DNA of 64,000 nt from an uncultured beta proteobacterium (GCA_963843595.1 CAWJLG010000008.1:115434-179433); one strand, 5' to 3'. Numbered from the stretch's first letter, positions 33,502-45,703 are shown. Notes: a model not told the origin generated them from the sequence alone. Numbers and translations: made by a program.

Positions 33502-35208
33502 TCAGCGCCGCTTCGCGGCGGCCGTTTCGGCTTCCTTGGTGAGCACGCGGTTCATGTGCCACTGCTGGAAGATCTGAATGCAGTTGTTGATGAGCCAGTA
33601 GAGCACCAGGCCCGACGGAAAGAAGATGAACATCACCGAGAAGGCGATCGGCATGATCTGCATCACCTTCGCCTGCACCGGATCGGAGATCGGCGTCGGG
33701 GACAACTTCACCTGCAGATACGCGGTGATTGCGTAGATGACCGGCAGTACGTACCAAGGGTCCGGCGCCGACAGATCGTGGATCCAGCCGATCCACGGCG
33801 CGTGGCGGAGCTCGACCGCCGACAACAGCACCCAGTACAGCGCGATGAACACGGGGATCTGGACCAGGATCGGCAGGCATCCACCGAGCGGGTTGATCTT
33901 CTCCGTCTTGTACATCTCCATCATCTTCATCTGCAGCTGTTGCTTGTCGTTCGCGTACTGCTCCTGCAGTGCCTTGAGCTTCGGCGCGATCACCTTCATC
34001 TTGGCCATCGACCGTGCGCTGGCGTGATTCAGCGGGTAGAAGGCGCTCTTGATGAGGATCGTCATCGCAATGATCGCCCAGCCCCAGTTGCCAAGCAGGC
34101 CGTGCAGCCACTGCAGCAGCCAGAACAGGGGCGCCGATATCACGGTGAAGATTCCGTAGTCGACGACGAGATCGAGCCCCTTGGCGAGCTTGGCGAGCTG
34201 GTTCTGGTCCTCCGGTCCCACGTAAAGCGGCACCTTGACCGCGCCGGTCGCTCCTGGAGCGATGGTCGGGAGCGGGACGATCACACCCGCCGAATACAGA
34301 CCGCCGTCGAGCTTGCGCGCGTAGAACTCGCGCTGCGTCTTCTGCTCGTCGGAAGGCAGCCACGCCGCGACGAAATAGTGCTCGACCATCCCGACCCAGC
34401 CGTTATCGGCGGTCTTGGTGTACGGCAGCTTGCGCTGGGGGTCGGCGGCGAGCTTGTCGAGTTCGGCGAAATCGACCTTCTTGAACTTGTCGTTCTCGTT
34501 GTAGATCACCGGGCCTGTATAGGCGACAGGGGCCATGGGGTTGTGGAACCCGGTGGTCTTGGTGTCGCGGGTGAGCTGGAAATAGGCGAACGGCGCAATC
34601 GGCGCGGTCCCCGCATTGGTCACGTCGAATGCGACATCGATCAGGTAGCTGCCGCGGTGAAAGGTCAGCACCTGCACGACCTTGTCGCCGTTCGGTGCCA
34701 CGGCCTGGAGCCGCAACTCCAGTTGATCGGCGCCGGCGGCCAATTCCCGCGGTCCCGGCAGCACCTCGTATTCGGTCCGATGGTTGGGCATTCCGGCACC
34801 GAGCAGCCCCGCCTGCGCAACCGCGGTCCGGTCGGCGGTCTTCAACAGCACGTAGTACGGCTTGCCGGTATCGAGCGTGTCCCGATGCCGATCGAGCGCG
34901 ACCTGGGTGATCACGCCGCCTACCGTGTCGATCTCCGCCGAGTAGAGATCGGTCTTGATCGTCACCAGCTTGCCTGCTGCCGCCGTGGTCGGCGCGGCGC
35001 CCGGTACCGCTGTCGCGGTCGCGGCTGGACCCGCACCGGGTGCTGTGGCCGTAGGAAGATCGGGGGCGACTCCGGCACTCGCGCCCGTCTTGGCTGCCGG
35101 CGCGGCGACCGGCGGCGGGGCCGGGCGCTGCTCCTTCTGCCACGCCTCCCAGAGGAAGAGCGCGGAGAACGAGAAGATCACGAACAGGATTAATCGTTGC
35201 GTATCCAT
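33502..35208 (-). CDS. yidC: membrane protein insertase YidC
   Basis: ATG at 35208 (codon 61 of the ORF). MDTQRLILFVIFSFSALFLWEAW...LGGCLPILVQIPVFIALY. Length 568 aa. Confidence 0.96.
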   Translation of the reverse strand: MDTQRLILFVIFSFSALFLWEAWQKEQRPAPPPVAAPAAKTGASAGVAPDLPTATAPGAGPAATATAVPGAAPTTAAAGKLVTIKTDLYSAEIDTVGGVITQVALDRHRDTLDTGKPYYVLLKTADRTAVAQAGLLGAGMPNHRTEYEVLPGPRELAAGADQLELRLQAVAPNGDKVVQVLTFHRGSYLIDVAFDVTNAGTAPIAPFAYFQLTRDTKTTGFHNPMAPVAYTGPVIYNENDKFKKVDFAELDKLAADPQRKLPYTKTADNGWVGMVEHYFVAAWLPSDEQKTQREFYARKLDGGLYSAGVIVPLPTIAPGATGAVKVPLYVGPEDQNQLAKLAKGLDLVVDYGIFTVISAPLFWLLQWLHGLLGNWGWAIIAMTILIKSAFYPLNHASARSMAKMKVIAPKLKALQEQYANDKQQLQMKMMEMYKTEKINPLGGCLPILVQIPVFIALYWVLLSAVELRHAPWIGWIHDLSAPDPWYVLPVIYAITAYLQVKLSPTPISDPVQAKVMQIMPIAFSVMFIFFPSGLVLYWLINNCIQIFQQWHMNRVLTKEAETAAAKRR

Positions 35209-35275
35209 GACGGCCTTGCGTGTCTGCGAGTGCGGCCTTTCGTGCACCCGCGAAAGTGGGATTCGGCGTGTTGGC

Positions 35276-35485
35276 TCAGGGCACCGGGTCGTAGCCGCCA
35301 GGATGATAAGGGTGACAGCGGGAAATGCGGCGAATGGCGAGCCAGGAGCCACGGACAGCGCCATGTTTCTCGACCGCTTCCCGAGCATAATCGGAGCAAC
35401 TCGGGTAGAACCGGCAGTTCGATCCGAGAAGAGGCCGCAACAGGTACTGATAGGCGCGGATCAGCGCCAGCAGCACCGTTCTCAC
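35276..35485 (-). CDS. yidD: membrane protein insertion efficiency factor YidD
   Basis: GTG at 35485 overlaps the rnpA stop (GTGA) and follows [43 protein letters not shown]. Length 69 aa. Confidence 0.88.
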   Translation of the reverse strand: MRTVLLALIRAYQYLLRPLLGSNCRFYPSCSDYAREAVEKHGAVRGSWLAIRRISRCHPYHPGGYDPVP

Positions 35486-35839
35486 GACCCCTCCCGCCCG
35501 GCAACGAGCGACGACAACAGTTGCGCCGCCTCGGATGCAACCACCTCGAAACGGGCGGGCGGACATCCGCGCTTCAGCCGGAGAATCACGTCGAAAGGTT
35601 CCACCGCCGGTCGGGCCAACCGCAACGCTTCGCGAAACAACCGTCGTACCCGGTTGCGATCAACCGCGCGTGGGAGGCACTTCCGGGCAATCACGAAGCC
35701 GGCACGTCCGGGGACGCCGTCGCGCGGGCATCCACAACAACTGTACGAACTCACCCTCGCGGCGTCGCCCGAATCGGAACACTGCCTCGAACGCGCCGGT
35801 GCCGGTCAGACGATAGCGGCGGGCGCCGCCGTCGCCCAC
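35482..35839 (-). CDS. rnpA: ribonuclease P protein component, interrupted by an apparent 1-nt frameshift as sequenced
   Basis: The C-terminal part ([30 protein letters not shown]...) is in the frame of ORF 35482..35754. The N-terminal part (from GTG 35839: [39 protein letters not shown]) is in the frame of ORF 35660..36481. The two frames join between about 35705 and 35735. Confidence 0.8.
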
Positions 35840-35853
35840 GACGATCGCAAGCG

Positions 35854-35988
35854 TCAGGGGGCCAGCCGCGCGCGACCCTTGGCGCGTCGCGCCGACAGCA
35901 CCTTGCGGCCGCCAACGGATTTCATCCGGGCGCGAAACCCGTGCGTCCGCTTGCGTTTGACGACAGAAGGTTGGTAGGTGCGTTTCAT
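35854..35988 (-). CDS. rpmH: 50S ribosomal protein L34
   Basis: Manual reverse translation gives [44 protein letters not shown] (44 aa). It is too short for the ORF track. Confidence 0.95.
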   Translation of the reverse strand: MKRTYQPSVVKRKRTHGFRARMKSVGGRKVLSARRAKGRARLAP

Positions 35989-36020
35989 GATCGGCTGCCT
36001 TGAATGAAAAAAGCTTTGAA

Positions 36021-36049
36021 TTTAAACGCATTATGGCCGCATCTGTCAA
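36021..36049 (-). promoter_or_regulatory. candidate sigma70 promoter of rpmH-rnpA-yidD-yidC
   Basis: Reverse strand reads TTGACA (36049-36044) - 17 nt - TTTAAA (36026-36021), about 33 nt upstream of the rpmH ATG. Confidence 0.45.
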
Positions 36050-36102
36050 TGCTCTGTCGCGGATTTCGAATACCTTCGACGAACGCAGCCAGATCTTTGG
36101 CC

Positions 36103-36111
36103 TGTGGATAA
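36103..36111. promoter_or_regulatory. perfect DnaA box (TGTGGATAA = complement of TTATCCACA) upstream of dnaA
   Basis: Exact 9-mer read directly. It overlaps the -35 (TGGATA 36105-36110) of a candidate dnaA promoter. Confidence 0.7.
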
Positions 36112-36133
36112 CTCTTCCCTGCGGCGCTACAAT
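36105..36133 (+). promoter_or_regulatory. candidate dnaA promoter
   Basis: TGGATA - 17 nt - TACAAT (36128-36133). It would give a leader of roughly 190 nt. Confidence 0.35.
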
Positions 36134-36328
36134 ACGCCCCCTGGTCCGCGAAAAACGCACGGCATCGCAGCAGCTTCGCGTCCGGGTACTGGGAATCCAG
36201 ACCTCGCGGTTCGGTTCGATGCCTGCGCGACGTGCCGTCAGCCGACCAGGGTGACATCTCTCCGAAGCTGCCCGCCATCCCCCGCCCATCGTGTCGCGGG
36301 GGCTCCACAAGATGAGGATTTCGCCCGC

Positions 36329-37705
36329 ATGACGCTCGCCCCGGCTTTCTGGCAGCACTGCCTGGAGGCGTTCCAGCAGGAACTCACGCCCCAGCAGTTC
36401 AATACCTGGATCAAGCCACTTGCGGTCCTGCCTGATCAGGACGGGTATCGGCTGCTCGCGCCCAACCGGTTCGTCCTGCAATGGGTCAAGGAGCGGTTCT
36501 CCGAACGGATCGGGCAGCTCGCGGCCGCGGCGGAAGGGCGCCCCGTCACGATTTCATTTGGCGTGGCCGATGACGCTCCCGCGGCGCTCCGCGTCAATCC
36601 GGCGCCACCCCCGGCACCGGCCACCGACCCGGTGTCCCCTGTCCTGCCACCGCAACCGATTCGGGTCGCGCCGGGGCGGCGCACCGACCAGACAAGCCTC
36701 AACCCGTCGTTCACTTTCCTGAACTTCGTCGCCGGCAAGGCGAATCAGCTCGCACGCGCCGCAGGCCTGCAGGTGGCCGACCATCCGACCTCCTATAATC
36801 CGCTGTTCGTGTACGGTGGCGTCGGACTCGGCAAGACGCACCTCATCCAGGCGATCGGCAACCACATTCTGGACGCCAATCCGGCAGCAAAGATTCGCTA
36901 CATCCACGCCGAGACCTACGTCTCCGACGTGGTCCGCGCCTACCAGCACAAGGCGTTCGACGACTTCAAGCGGTACTACCGCTCGCTCGACCTGCTGCTC
37001 GTCGACGACATCCAGTTCTTCAACGGCAAGAGCCGCACGCAGGAAGAGTTCTTCTACCTGTTCAACACCTTGATCGAGGCGCACAAACAGGTCGTCATCA
37101 CCTGCGACACGTACCCGAAGGAGATTTCGGGGATGGAGGAGCGGCTGATCTCGCGTTTCGGCTGGGGACTCACCGTGGCGCTCGAACCGCCCGAACTCGA
37201 GATGCGCGTCGCCATCCTGCTGTCCAAAGCCACAGCTTTCGGCCTTCGACTCGACGAGCAGGTTGCGTTCTTCATCGCCAAGCACATTCGCTCCAACGTC
37301 CGTGAACTCGAGGGCGCGCTCAAACGGATCATGGCTTACGCGACCTTCCATGGTCACGAAACCTCCCTTGCCGTGGCCAAGGAGGCGCTGCGTGACCTTC
37401 TCGCGGTCCAGAACCGTCAGGTCTCGATCGAGAATATCCAGAAGACCGTCGCGGACTATTACAAGATCCGGATTTCCGACATGCACTCGAAGAAGCGGTC
37501 ACGAGCGCTCGCGCGTCCGCGCCAGGTGGCCATGGCGCTGGCCAAGGAATTGACGCAACTCTCGCTGCCCGAGATCGGTAGCAATTTCGGTGGACGCGAC
37601 CACACGACGGTGCTCCACGCCTGTCGCCAGATCGCCAAGCTGCGCGAAGCGGTGCCTGAAATCAACCATGACGTCAATTTCCTCCTGCAGGTGCTGCGCA
37701 ATTGA
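36329..37705 (+). CDS. dnaA: chromosomal replication initiator protein DnaA
   Basis: ATG at 36329 (codon 76 of the ORF). [51 protein letters not shown]-terminal [14 protein letters not shown]. Length 458 aa. Confidence 0.97.
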   Translation: MTLAPAFWQHCLEAFQQELTPQQFNTWIKPLAVLPDQDGYRLLAPNRFVLQWVKERFSERIGQLAAAAEGRPVTISFGVADDAPAALRVNPAPPPAPATDPVSPVLPPQPIRVAPGRRTDQTSLNPSFTFLNFVAGKANQLARAAGLQVADHPTSYNPLFVYGGVGLGKTHLIQAIGNHILDANPAAKIRYIHAETYVSDVVRAYQHKAFDDFKRYYRSLDLLLVDDIQFFNGKSRTQEEFFYLFNTLIEAHKQVVITCDTYPKEISGMEERLISRFGWGLTVALEPPELEMRVAILLSKATAFGLRLDEQVAFFIAKHIRSNVRELEGALKRIMAYATFHGHETSLAVAKEALRDLLAVQNRQVSIENIQKTVADYYKIRISDMHSKKRSRALARPRQVAMALAKELTQLSLPEIGSNFGGRDHTTVLHACRQIAKLREAVPEINHDVNFLLQVLRN

Positions 37706-37762
37706 CGGCCGATGTCATGGCTTCCGCGATGTTTTTGAGCATGAAATGGTGCGGTTTTTTCC

Positions 37763-37791
37763 TGGAAAAAGGCTGCCTTCGCGTCTATAAT
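37763..37791 (+). promoter_or_regulatory. candidate sigma70 promoter for dnaN in the dnaA-dnaN spacer
   Basis: TGGAAA (37763-37768) - 17 nt - TATAAT (37786-37791). Confidence 0.35.
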
Positions 37792-37860
37792 TTGTGGGTT
37801 AACCGGTCAGATCCTGACAATTGGAAAAAACCCCCAAACGCTCCGCTGTTCCAACCCGAG

Positions 37861-37869
37861 TTATCCACA
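37861..37869. promoter_or_regulatory. perfect DnaA box TTATCCACA in the dnaA-dnaN spacer
   Basis: Exact consensus 9-mer read directly. The spacer is 259 bp and less GC-rich than its surroundings. Confidence 0.7.
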
Positions 37870-37964
37870 AGGTTTGTCTGATTCCAACCTGCTGATAGTG
37901 AAACGCCTTTGTCACTTGTTCCGGATGCGGGCCATCTCCTATTAGCTGTTATACGGTTTATTCA

Positions 37965-39068
37965 ATGCAACTTAAGCAGATCGCGCGGGATGCGCTGTTG
38001 AAACCGTTGCAGGCGGTGGCCGGCATCGTCGAGCGGCGGCATACGCTTCCAATTCTCGCCAATGTGTTGCTCGAGCATAGGGACGGACGGCTGTTCGTCA
38101 CGGCCACGGATCTCGAAATGCAGATCACTGCGCACGCGGAGCTGGCCGGCAAGGAAACGCAGGCCATTACGGTGGCGGCGCGCAAACTGCAGGACTTGCT
38201 GCGCGCGTTGCCGGAAGACGCGCAACTCAATGTCGATGCCAGCGGCACGAAGATGACGGTCCGGGCCGGACGTTCGCGCTTCAATCTGCAGACACTGCCG
38301 GCCGGCGACTACCCGCGCATCGGTCTGGGCGAGGACCAGCTGCAGACGCTGTCGCTGCCGCAACGTGACCTGCGCGGGCTGTTGAAGTCGGTCGAGTTCG
38401 CGATGGCGCAGCAGGACATCCGGTATTACCTGAACGGCATGCTGCTCGTGATCGACAAGGACTCGCTGCAGGCGGTGGCCACCGATGGGCACCGGTTGTC
38501 CTGGGCGAGCCTTGGGGTGGCCGGCAGCTACCAGCGGCAGGAGGTGATCCTCCCGCGCAAGACGGTGCTGGAACTTGGAAAGCTCCTGACCGAAAGCGAC
38601 GAGGCGGTCACCGTCGACGTGCTCGCCAACCAGGTACGGTTCCGGTTTGCCAACGTCGAGCTGGTCAGCAAGGTCGTCGACGGCAAGTTCCCGGACTACA
38701 ACCGCGTCATTCCGACGGGACACGCGAAGAAGCTCGAATTCTCGCGGGTGGAGCTGCTTGCCGCATTGCAGCGCGCCGCGATCCTGTCGAACGAGAAATT
38801 CCGGGGCGTTCGCCTGGTGCTCGGGATGGATCAATTGAAGATCATCTGCACCAACAGCGAACAGGAGGAGGCCGAGGAGGAGATCGAGGTGGCCTACAAG
38901 GGCGATCCACTCGATATCGGCTTCAACATCACGTACCTGCTCGACGCCCTGCAGAATCTCTCGACGGACAGGGTCCAGCTCGCCTTTGGTGATGCGAACT
39001 CCAGCGCGCTGGTAACCGTCCCCGATCGCGACGATTACAAGTATGTCGTGATGCCGATGCGAATCTGA
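37965..39068 (+). CDS. dnaN: DNA polymerase III beta sliding clamp
   Basis: MQLKQIARDALLKPLQAVAGIVERRHTLPILANVLLE...YVVMPMRI. Length 367 aa. Confidence 0.97.
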   Translation: MQLKQIARDALLKPLQAVAGIVERRHTLPILANVLLEHRDGRLFVTATDLEMQITAHAELAGKETQAITVAARKLQDLLRALPEDAQLNVDASGTKMTVRAGRSRFNLQTLPAGDYPRIGLGEDQLQTLSLPQRDLRGLLKSVEFAMAQQDIRYYLNGMLLVIDKDSLQAVATDGHRLSWASLGVAGSYQRQEVILPRKTVLELGKLLTESDEAVTVDVLANQVRFRFANVELVSKVVDGKFPDYNRVIPTGHAKKLEFSRVELLAALQRAAILSNEKFRGVRLVLGMDQLKIICTNSEQEEAEEEIEVAYKGDPLDIGFNITYLLDALQNLSTDRVQLAFGDANSSALVTVPDRDDYKYVVMPMRI

Positions 39069-39096
39069 CGCGCCGACGACTCGACCGTATCCCTGC

Positions 39097-39128
39097 GGCG
39101 CCGACCCACGAGTCGGCGCCGGCGTTTT
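39097..39128 (+). terminator. hairpin plus short T-run between dnaN and gyrB (weak terminator or attenuator)
   Basis: GGCGCCGAC-ccacga-GTCGGCGCC followed by GGCGTTTTGG. Confidence 0.4.
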
Positions 39129-39140
39129 GGGCAGCAGTGA

Positions 39141-41582
<2,442 letters not shown>

Positions 41583-41634
41583 GCACTGGGGCCCGTGTAG
41601 CGCCCTGCCCGGCCGCCGCCGGCGACGCCGCCGC

Positions 41635-44484
41635 TCACTTCGCCGACTTGCGTCGCGTCTTCGCGGCCGGCTTGGCTTTCGCTGGCGGCTTCGCCGCGGG
41701 TTTGGGTCTGGTCGCCGGCTTGCGCGCCGCCTTTGCGGCAGGAGAGGCAGGAGACGGTGCATCGGGCTCTGCTACCTTGGACGTCGCGGTCGCACGTCGC
41801 GGTTTCGCTCGCGGCGTGCCGCCGCCTTGCGCGGACTTTGCCGCGAGCAGTGCAAGCGCCTCGTCCAGCGTCAGCGTGTCGACCTTGTCGCGATCAGGGA
41901 TGGTGGCATTGACGTCGCCGTGCTTCACGTACGGCCCGTAGCGGCCCGCGTAAACCTCGACCGGTTTCTTGTCCCTGGGGTGCGAGCCCAGCACCCTCAG
42001 CGCCACGGGTCCGCGCGGTCGCGCGCCCTTCCCGGCGGTCGCTTGCTTCGCTTCGAACTCGAAGCCGATCTTGCCGTCGGGCTGGCGGACGAGGAACGCG
42101 GCAAACGGCCGCCGAGTGCGGGCGGAGACGAATTGGAGCAGGTCGGTCCGGCCGCTCGCGAGGAGCTTCTGCATCTGCGCGCGTTCGACCGGACGCTGCA
42201 GGATCACGCGGCCCGAGCGGAAGTCACAACTCTTGTCGGGGCCCACGGCCTTCTCGCAGACATACGCCTGGGGCATCTCGAATACGCGTGCCGAACACTT
42301 CGGGCACGACCCGAGCGGTTCCTGTCCTGAGAAGTCCGGTGCCTCGGTCCCGTCGTCGCCTGTGCCGCCGTCGCCGAAGTCGAATCCGGCTTCGTCGGCA
42401 TCGTTGAGCCTGAGCGAGGCGGTGAACGGCCGGCCGAGGCGGCTGCGAAAGCCCTCGAGCGGTCCGACGTGCCGCTCCCGCAGGAGCGTGTCGGCCTCGG
42501 CGACCTCGAGCTGCCGACCCCCCATGATCTTCCAGAACCCGAAGTCGCATGACTGGCACTGGAATTTCTTGTAGTTCTCGTGCACCTCGCCGCCGCATTT
42601 CGGACAGCGCGTCGTAAGGGTGCCGAAATCGCCCGGGATCGTGTCGCTGCTGTAACCCTTGGCCTGACCGACGATGTGTTCGGTCATCTCGACGATCTCG
42701 CGCATGAAGGCTTCCCGCTTGAGCTTGCCGCGCTCCATCTGTGCGAGCTTGAACTCCCACTCCGCGGTGAGCTCGGGCGAGAACAGCTCCGGCACGCCAA
42801 GGCCGTGCAACAGGGTCATCAGCGAAAACGCCTTGGCCGTGGGCACGAGCTCCTTGCCGTCGCGGTGGATGTACTTCTCGCTGATGAGTCCCTCGATGAT
42901 CTGTGCGCGCGTGGCCGGCGTGCCGAGACCCTTCTCGCGCATCGCCTCGCGCAGTTCCTCGTCGTCGATCAGCTTGCCCGCGCCTTCCATCGCGGAGAGC
43001 AGCGTGGCTTCGTTGAGGCGCGGCGGCGGGCGGGTGGTCCCGGCCGCGACCTCGATTTTCTCGGTGGTCACCTTCTCGCCGGGCTTCACCGCGGCAAGCG
43101 TTCCCTCTTCGCCCCGGGCTTCCTTGCCGTACACGGCCAGCCAGCCCGGCGAGACGAGGACCTTGCCTTCGGATTTGAACGGCTCGTCGGCGACCCGCGT
43201 GATTCGCGTGGTGACCAGAAACTCCGCGGCAGGATAGAACGCGGCAAGGAAGCGCTTGACGACGAAATCGTAGAGCTTCGCCTCGAGCTCGTTGAGATGC
43301 TTCGGCTGGACGAGCGTGGGGATGATCGCGAAGTGGTCGGAGACCTTCGCGTTGTCGAAGATCCGCTTGTTCGGCTTCACCCACTTCTGCTTGAGCACCT
43401 GCGCCGCAAACGTGCCGTACGCGCTGCTGTCCTTAAGGGCCTCCATCGTCGCCATGACGGTCGGAACATAGTCCTCCGGCAGCGCGCGGGAATCGGTCCG
43501 CGGATAGGTCAGGGCCTTGTGCTTCTCGTAGAGCGACTGCGCAAGCGACAGCGTGGTTCGCGCCGACAGCCCGAACCGGCCGTTGGCCTCGCGCTGGAGG
43601 CTGGTGAGGTCGTAGAGCAGAGGCGCGCCCTGCGTCGACGGCTTCGATTCTTCGGTGACGGTGCCCGGATGTCCCGCACATTTCGCGGCGAGAGCGCGCG
43701 CCTTTTCCTCCTCCCAGATCCGCTCGGCCCGCGCATCGGGGTCCTCATCCTTCTTTTTCCACTTTTCGTCGAACCAGCGACCCGTATATTCGCCGCCGCT
43801 CGCCCGGAACGTCCCGATGACCTCCCAGTAGTCACGCGGCCGGAAGGCGCGAATCTTCTCTTCGCGTTCGACGAGAATCGCGAGCGTCGGCGTCTGCACG
43901 CGGCCGACCGTCGTCAGCTGGAAGCCCCCGGACTTCGAGTTGAAGGCGGTCATCGCACGCGTGCCGTTGATGCCGACGAGCCAGTCGGATTCCGAGCGGC
44001 ACACGGCTGCGTCAGCGAGCGGACGCATCTGCTCGTCGGTGCGCAGCGCGGCGAAGGCGTCGCGGATCGAGGCCGGCGTCATCGATTGCAGCCAGAGCCG
44101 TCTGACCGGCTTGGCCGCTTTCGCGTACTGGACGATGTAGCGGAAGATGAGTTCGCCTTCGCGTCCCGCGTCACAGGCGTTGATCAGTGCGCCCACGTCC
44201 TTGCGTTTCATGAGGCGCAGGAGCGTCTTCAGCCGGTTTTCGTTCTTCTCGATGGGCTTGAGCGCGAACTTCGATGGAATTGCGGGCAGATGCGCGAAGG
44301 TCCATTTACCGCGTTTGACCTCCTCGTCCTCCGGCATGCCGATCTCGATCAGGTGCCCGACCGCCGAGGAAAGGACGTAGCCGTCGCTTTCGAAGTAGTC
44401 GTCGTGCCGGGTGAACCCCCCGAGAGCGCGCGCAATGTCGGCGGCGACGGACGGTTTCTCGGCGATGATCAGCGACTTGGACAT
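41635..44484 (-). CDS. topB: type IA DNA topoisomerase (topoisomerase III-like N-terminus, Zn-ribbons, C-terminal repeats and a Lys/Ala/Pro-rich tail)
   Basis: ATG at 44484 (codon 99). MSKSLIIAEKPSVAADIARALGG (TOPRIM), LTYPRTDSR active-site Tyr motif, CPKCGGEV..CQSCDF and CPKCSARV Zn-ribbons, GRYGPYVKHG repeat. Length 949 aa. Confidence 0.9.
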   Translation of the reverse strand: MSKSLIIAEKPSVAADIARALGGFTRHDDYFESDGYVLSSAVGHLIEIGMPEDEEVKRGKWTFAHLPAIPSKFALKPIEKNENRLKTLLRLMKRKDVGALINACDAGREGELIFRYIVQYAKAAKPVRRLWLQSMTPASIRDAFAALRTDEQMRPLADAAVCRSESDWLVGINGTRAMTAFNSKSGGFQLTTVGRVQTPTLAILVEREEKIRAFRPRDYWEVIGTFRASGGEYTGRWFDEKWKKKDEDPDARAERIWEEEKARALAAKCAGHPGTVTEESKPSTQGAPLLYDLTSLQREANGRFGLSARTTLSLAQSLYEKHKALTYPRTDSRALPEDYVPTVMATMEALKDSSAYGTFAAQVLKQKWVKPNKRIFDNAKVSDHFAIIPTLVQPKHLNELEAKLYDFVVKRFLAAFYPAAEFLVTTRITRVADEPFKSEGKVLVSPGWLAVYGKEARGEEGTLAAVKPGEKVTTEKIEVAAGTTRPPPRLNEATLLSAMEGAGKLIDDEELREAMREKGLGTPATRAQIIEGLISEKYIHRDGKELVPTAKAFSLMTLLHGLGVPELFSPELTAEWEFKLAQMERGKLKREAFMREIVEMTEHIVGQAKGYSSDTIPGDFGTLTTRCPKCGGEVHENYKKFQCQSCDFGFWKIMGGRQLEVAEADTLLRERHVGPLEGFRSRLGRPFTASLRLNDADEAGFDFGDGGTGDDGTEAPDFSGQEPLGSCPKCSARVFEMPQAYVCEKAVGPDKSCDFRSGRVILQRPVERAQMQKLLASGRTDLLQFVSARTRRPFAAFLVRQPDGKIGFEFEAKQATAGKGARPRGPVALRVLGSHPRDKKPVEVYAGRYGPYVKHGDVNATIPDRDKVDTLTLDEALALLAAKSAQGGGTPRAKPRRATATSKVAEPDAPSPASPAAKAARKPATRPKPAAKPPAKAKPAAKTRRKSAK

Positions 44485-44605
44485 GGGAATGGCGGCGCGA
44501 AGAGCGGCAGATAGTACCGAAGTAAATCCGACCGGGGCAAGAAAACCTTTGGTCGAGTGACGCCAACGCGCGCGTGCGCGTACGCGAGCGCGCGAGACCC
44601 GGGCG

Positions 44606-45703
44606 CTACTCGATGCGCTGCCAGAGGCCTCCGGGAACGGTCGCCACGCGACCCGCGAGCTCCAGACCGAGCAGCGTCGACGCGATCGTCTGCGCCGGCA
44701 GGCCGGTGTGCGCCGCGATCGTATCGAGCGCCAGTGGAGCCCGGCCGAGCGCTTCGAGCACCGTTCGCTGTTCCGCATCCAGCGCGGAATCGTCTCCGAC
44801 CGGACGTCGCGGCATCGACGGGACTGATTGCGCGATCCGCAGCTCGTCGAGGATGTCCTGGGCGGTATCGACGAGTTTGGCGCCCTCGCGGATCAGTTTG
44901 TGACAGCCCTTCGAAAACGGCGAGTGGATGGAGCCCGGAAGCGCAAAAACCTCGCGGCCCTGTTCCCCCGCCAGGCGCGCGGTAATGAGAGACCCGGACG
45001 ACAGCGTGGCCTCGACGACGAGCACCCCGCGCGCGAGTCCGCTCACCAACCGGTTTCGCCGGGGAAAATTGGCGCGCAGGGGGGGCGTCCCCGGCGCAAA
45101 CTCGGAGACGATGAGGCCGCGCTCTGCGAGCTCGTGCGCGAGGTCGCGGTTGCTCGCTGGGTATACGCGGTCCGGTCCCGTTCCGACCACGGCGATGCTG
45201 CTGCTGGCATTGGCAAGGCCCCCACGGTGCGCCGCCGCGTCGATGCCGATCGCCATGCCGCTGACGATCGTCAGCCCGGCGGCGGAGAGCGCGGCGGCGA
45301 ACGCCTCCGCGTCGGCTGCCCCTTGCGGGGTCGCGTTGCGGCTCCCGATGATCGCGAAACCCGGGCGCGCCAGAAGGTCTCGCCGCCCGAGACAATAGAA
45401 CACTGGCGGTGGATCGCCGATCTCGAGCAGCGACTGTGGATAATCGGGGTCGTCCCATGCCACGAGTTCGTGGGCGGTATCTGCGGCAAGCCATGCCAAT
45501 GCGGCGCCGAGCCGGTCATGATCCGGTCCGGCGTCGAACATGGCGGCGGTCGCGGCAGGGACGACGGCGCGCCGTCGGGCGGAGGTTGCCCGGAGAACCG
45601 CTTCGGGGCCGCCGAAGGCGCGCAGCAGCGCAACGAGTGGCCGCGGTGCGATGCCCAGCACCTGCAGCGATGTCCAGGCCTCGACGCGGGCGTCGATCTT
45701 CAT
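44606..45703 (-). CDS. dprA: DNA-processing protein DprA (Smf)
   Basis: FAIIGSRNATPQG..IVSGMAIGIDAAAHRGGL..VVGTGPDRVYP..GSLITARLAGEQGREVFALPG. Confidence 0.93.
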   Translation of the reverse strand: MKIDARVEAWTSLQVLGIAPRPLVALLRAFGGPEAVLRATSARRRAVVPAATAAMFDAGPDHDRLGAALAWLAADTAHELVAWDDPDYPQSLLEIGDPPPVFYCLGRRDLLARPGFAIIGSRNATPQGAADAEAFAAALSAAGLTIVSGMAIGIDAAAHRGGLANASSSIAVVGTGPDRVYPASNRDLAHELAERGLIVSEFAPGTPPLRANFPRRNRLVSGLARGVLVVEATLSSGSLITARLAGEQGREVFALPGSIHSPFSKGCHKLIREGAKLVDTAQDILDELRIAQSVPSMPRRPVGDDSALDAEQRTVLEALGRAPLALDTIAAHTGLPAQTIASTLLGLELAGRVATVPGGLWQRIE

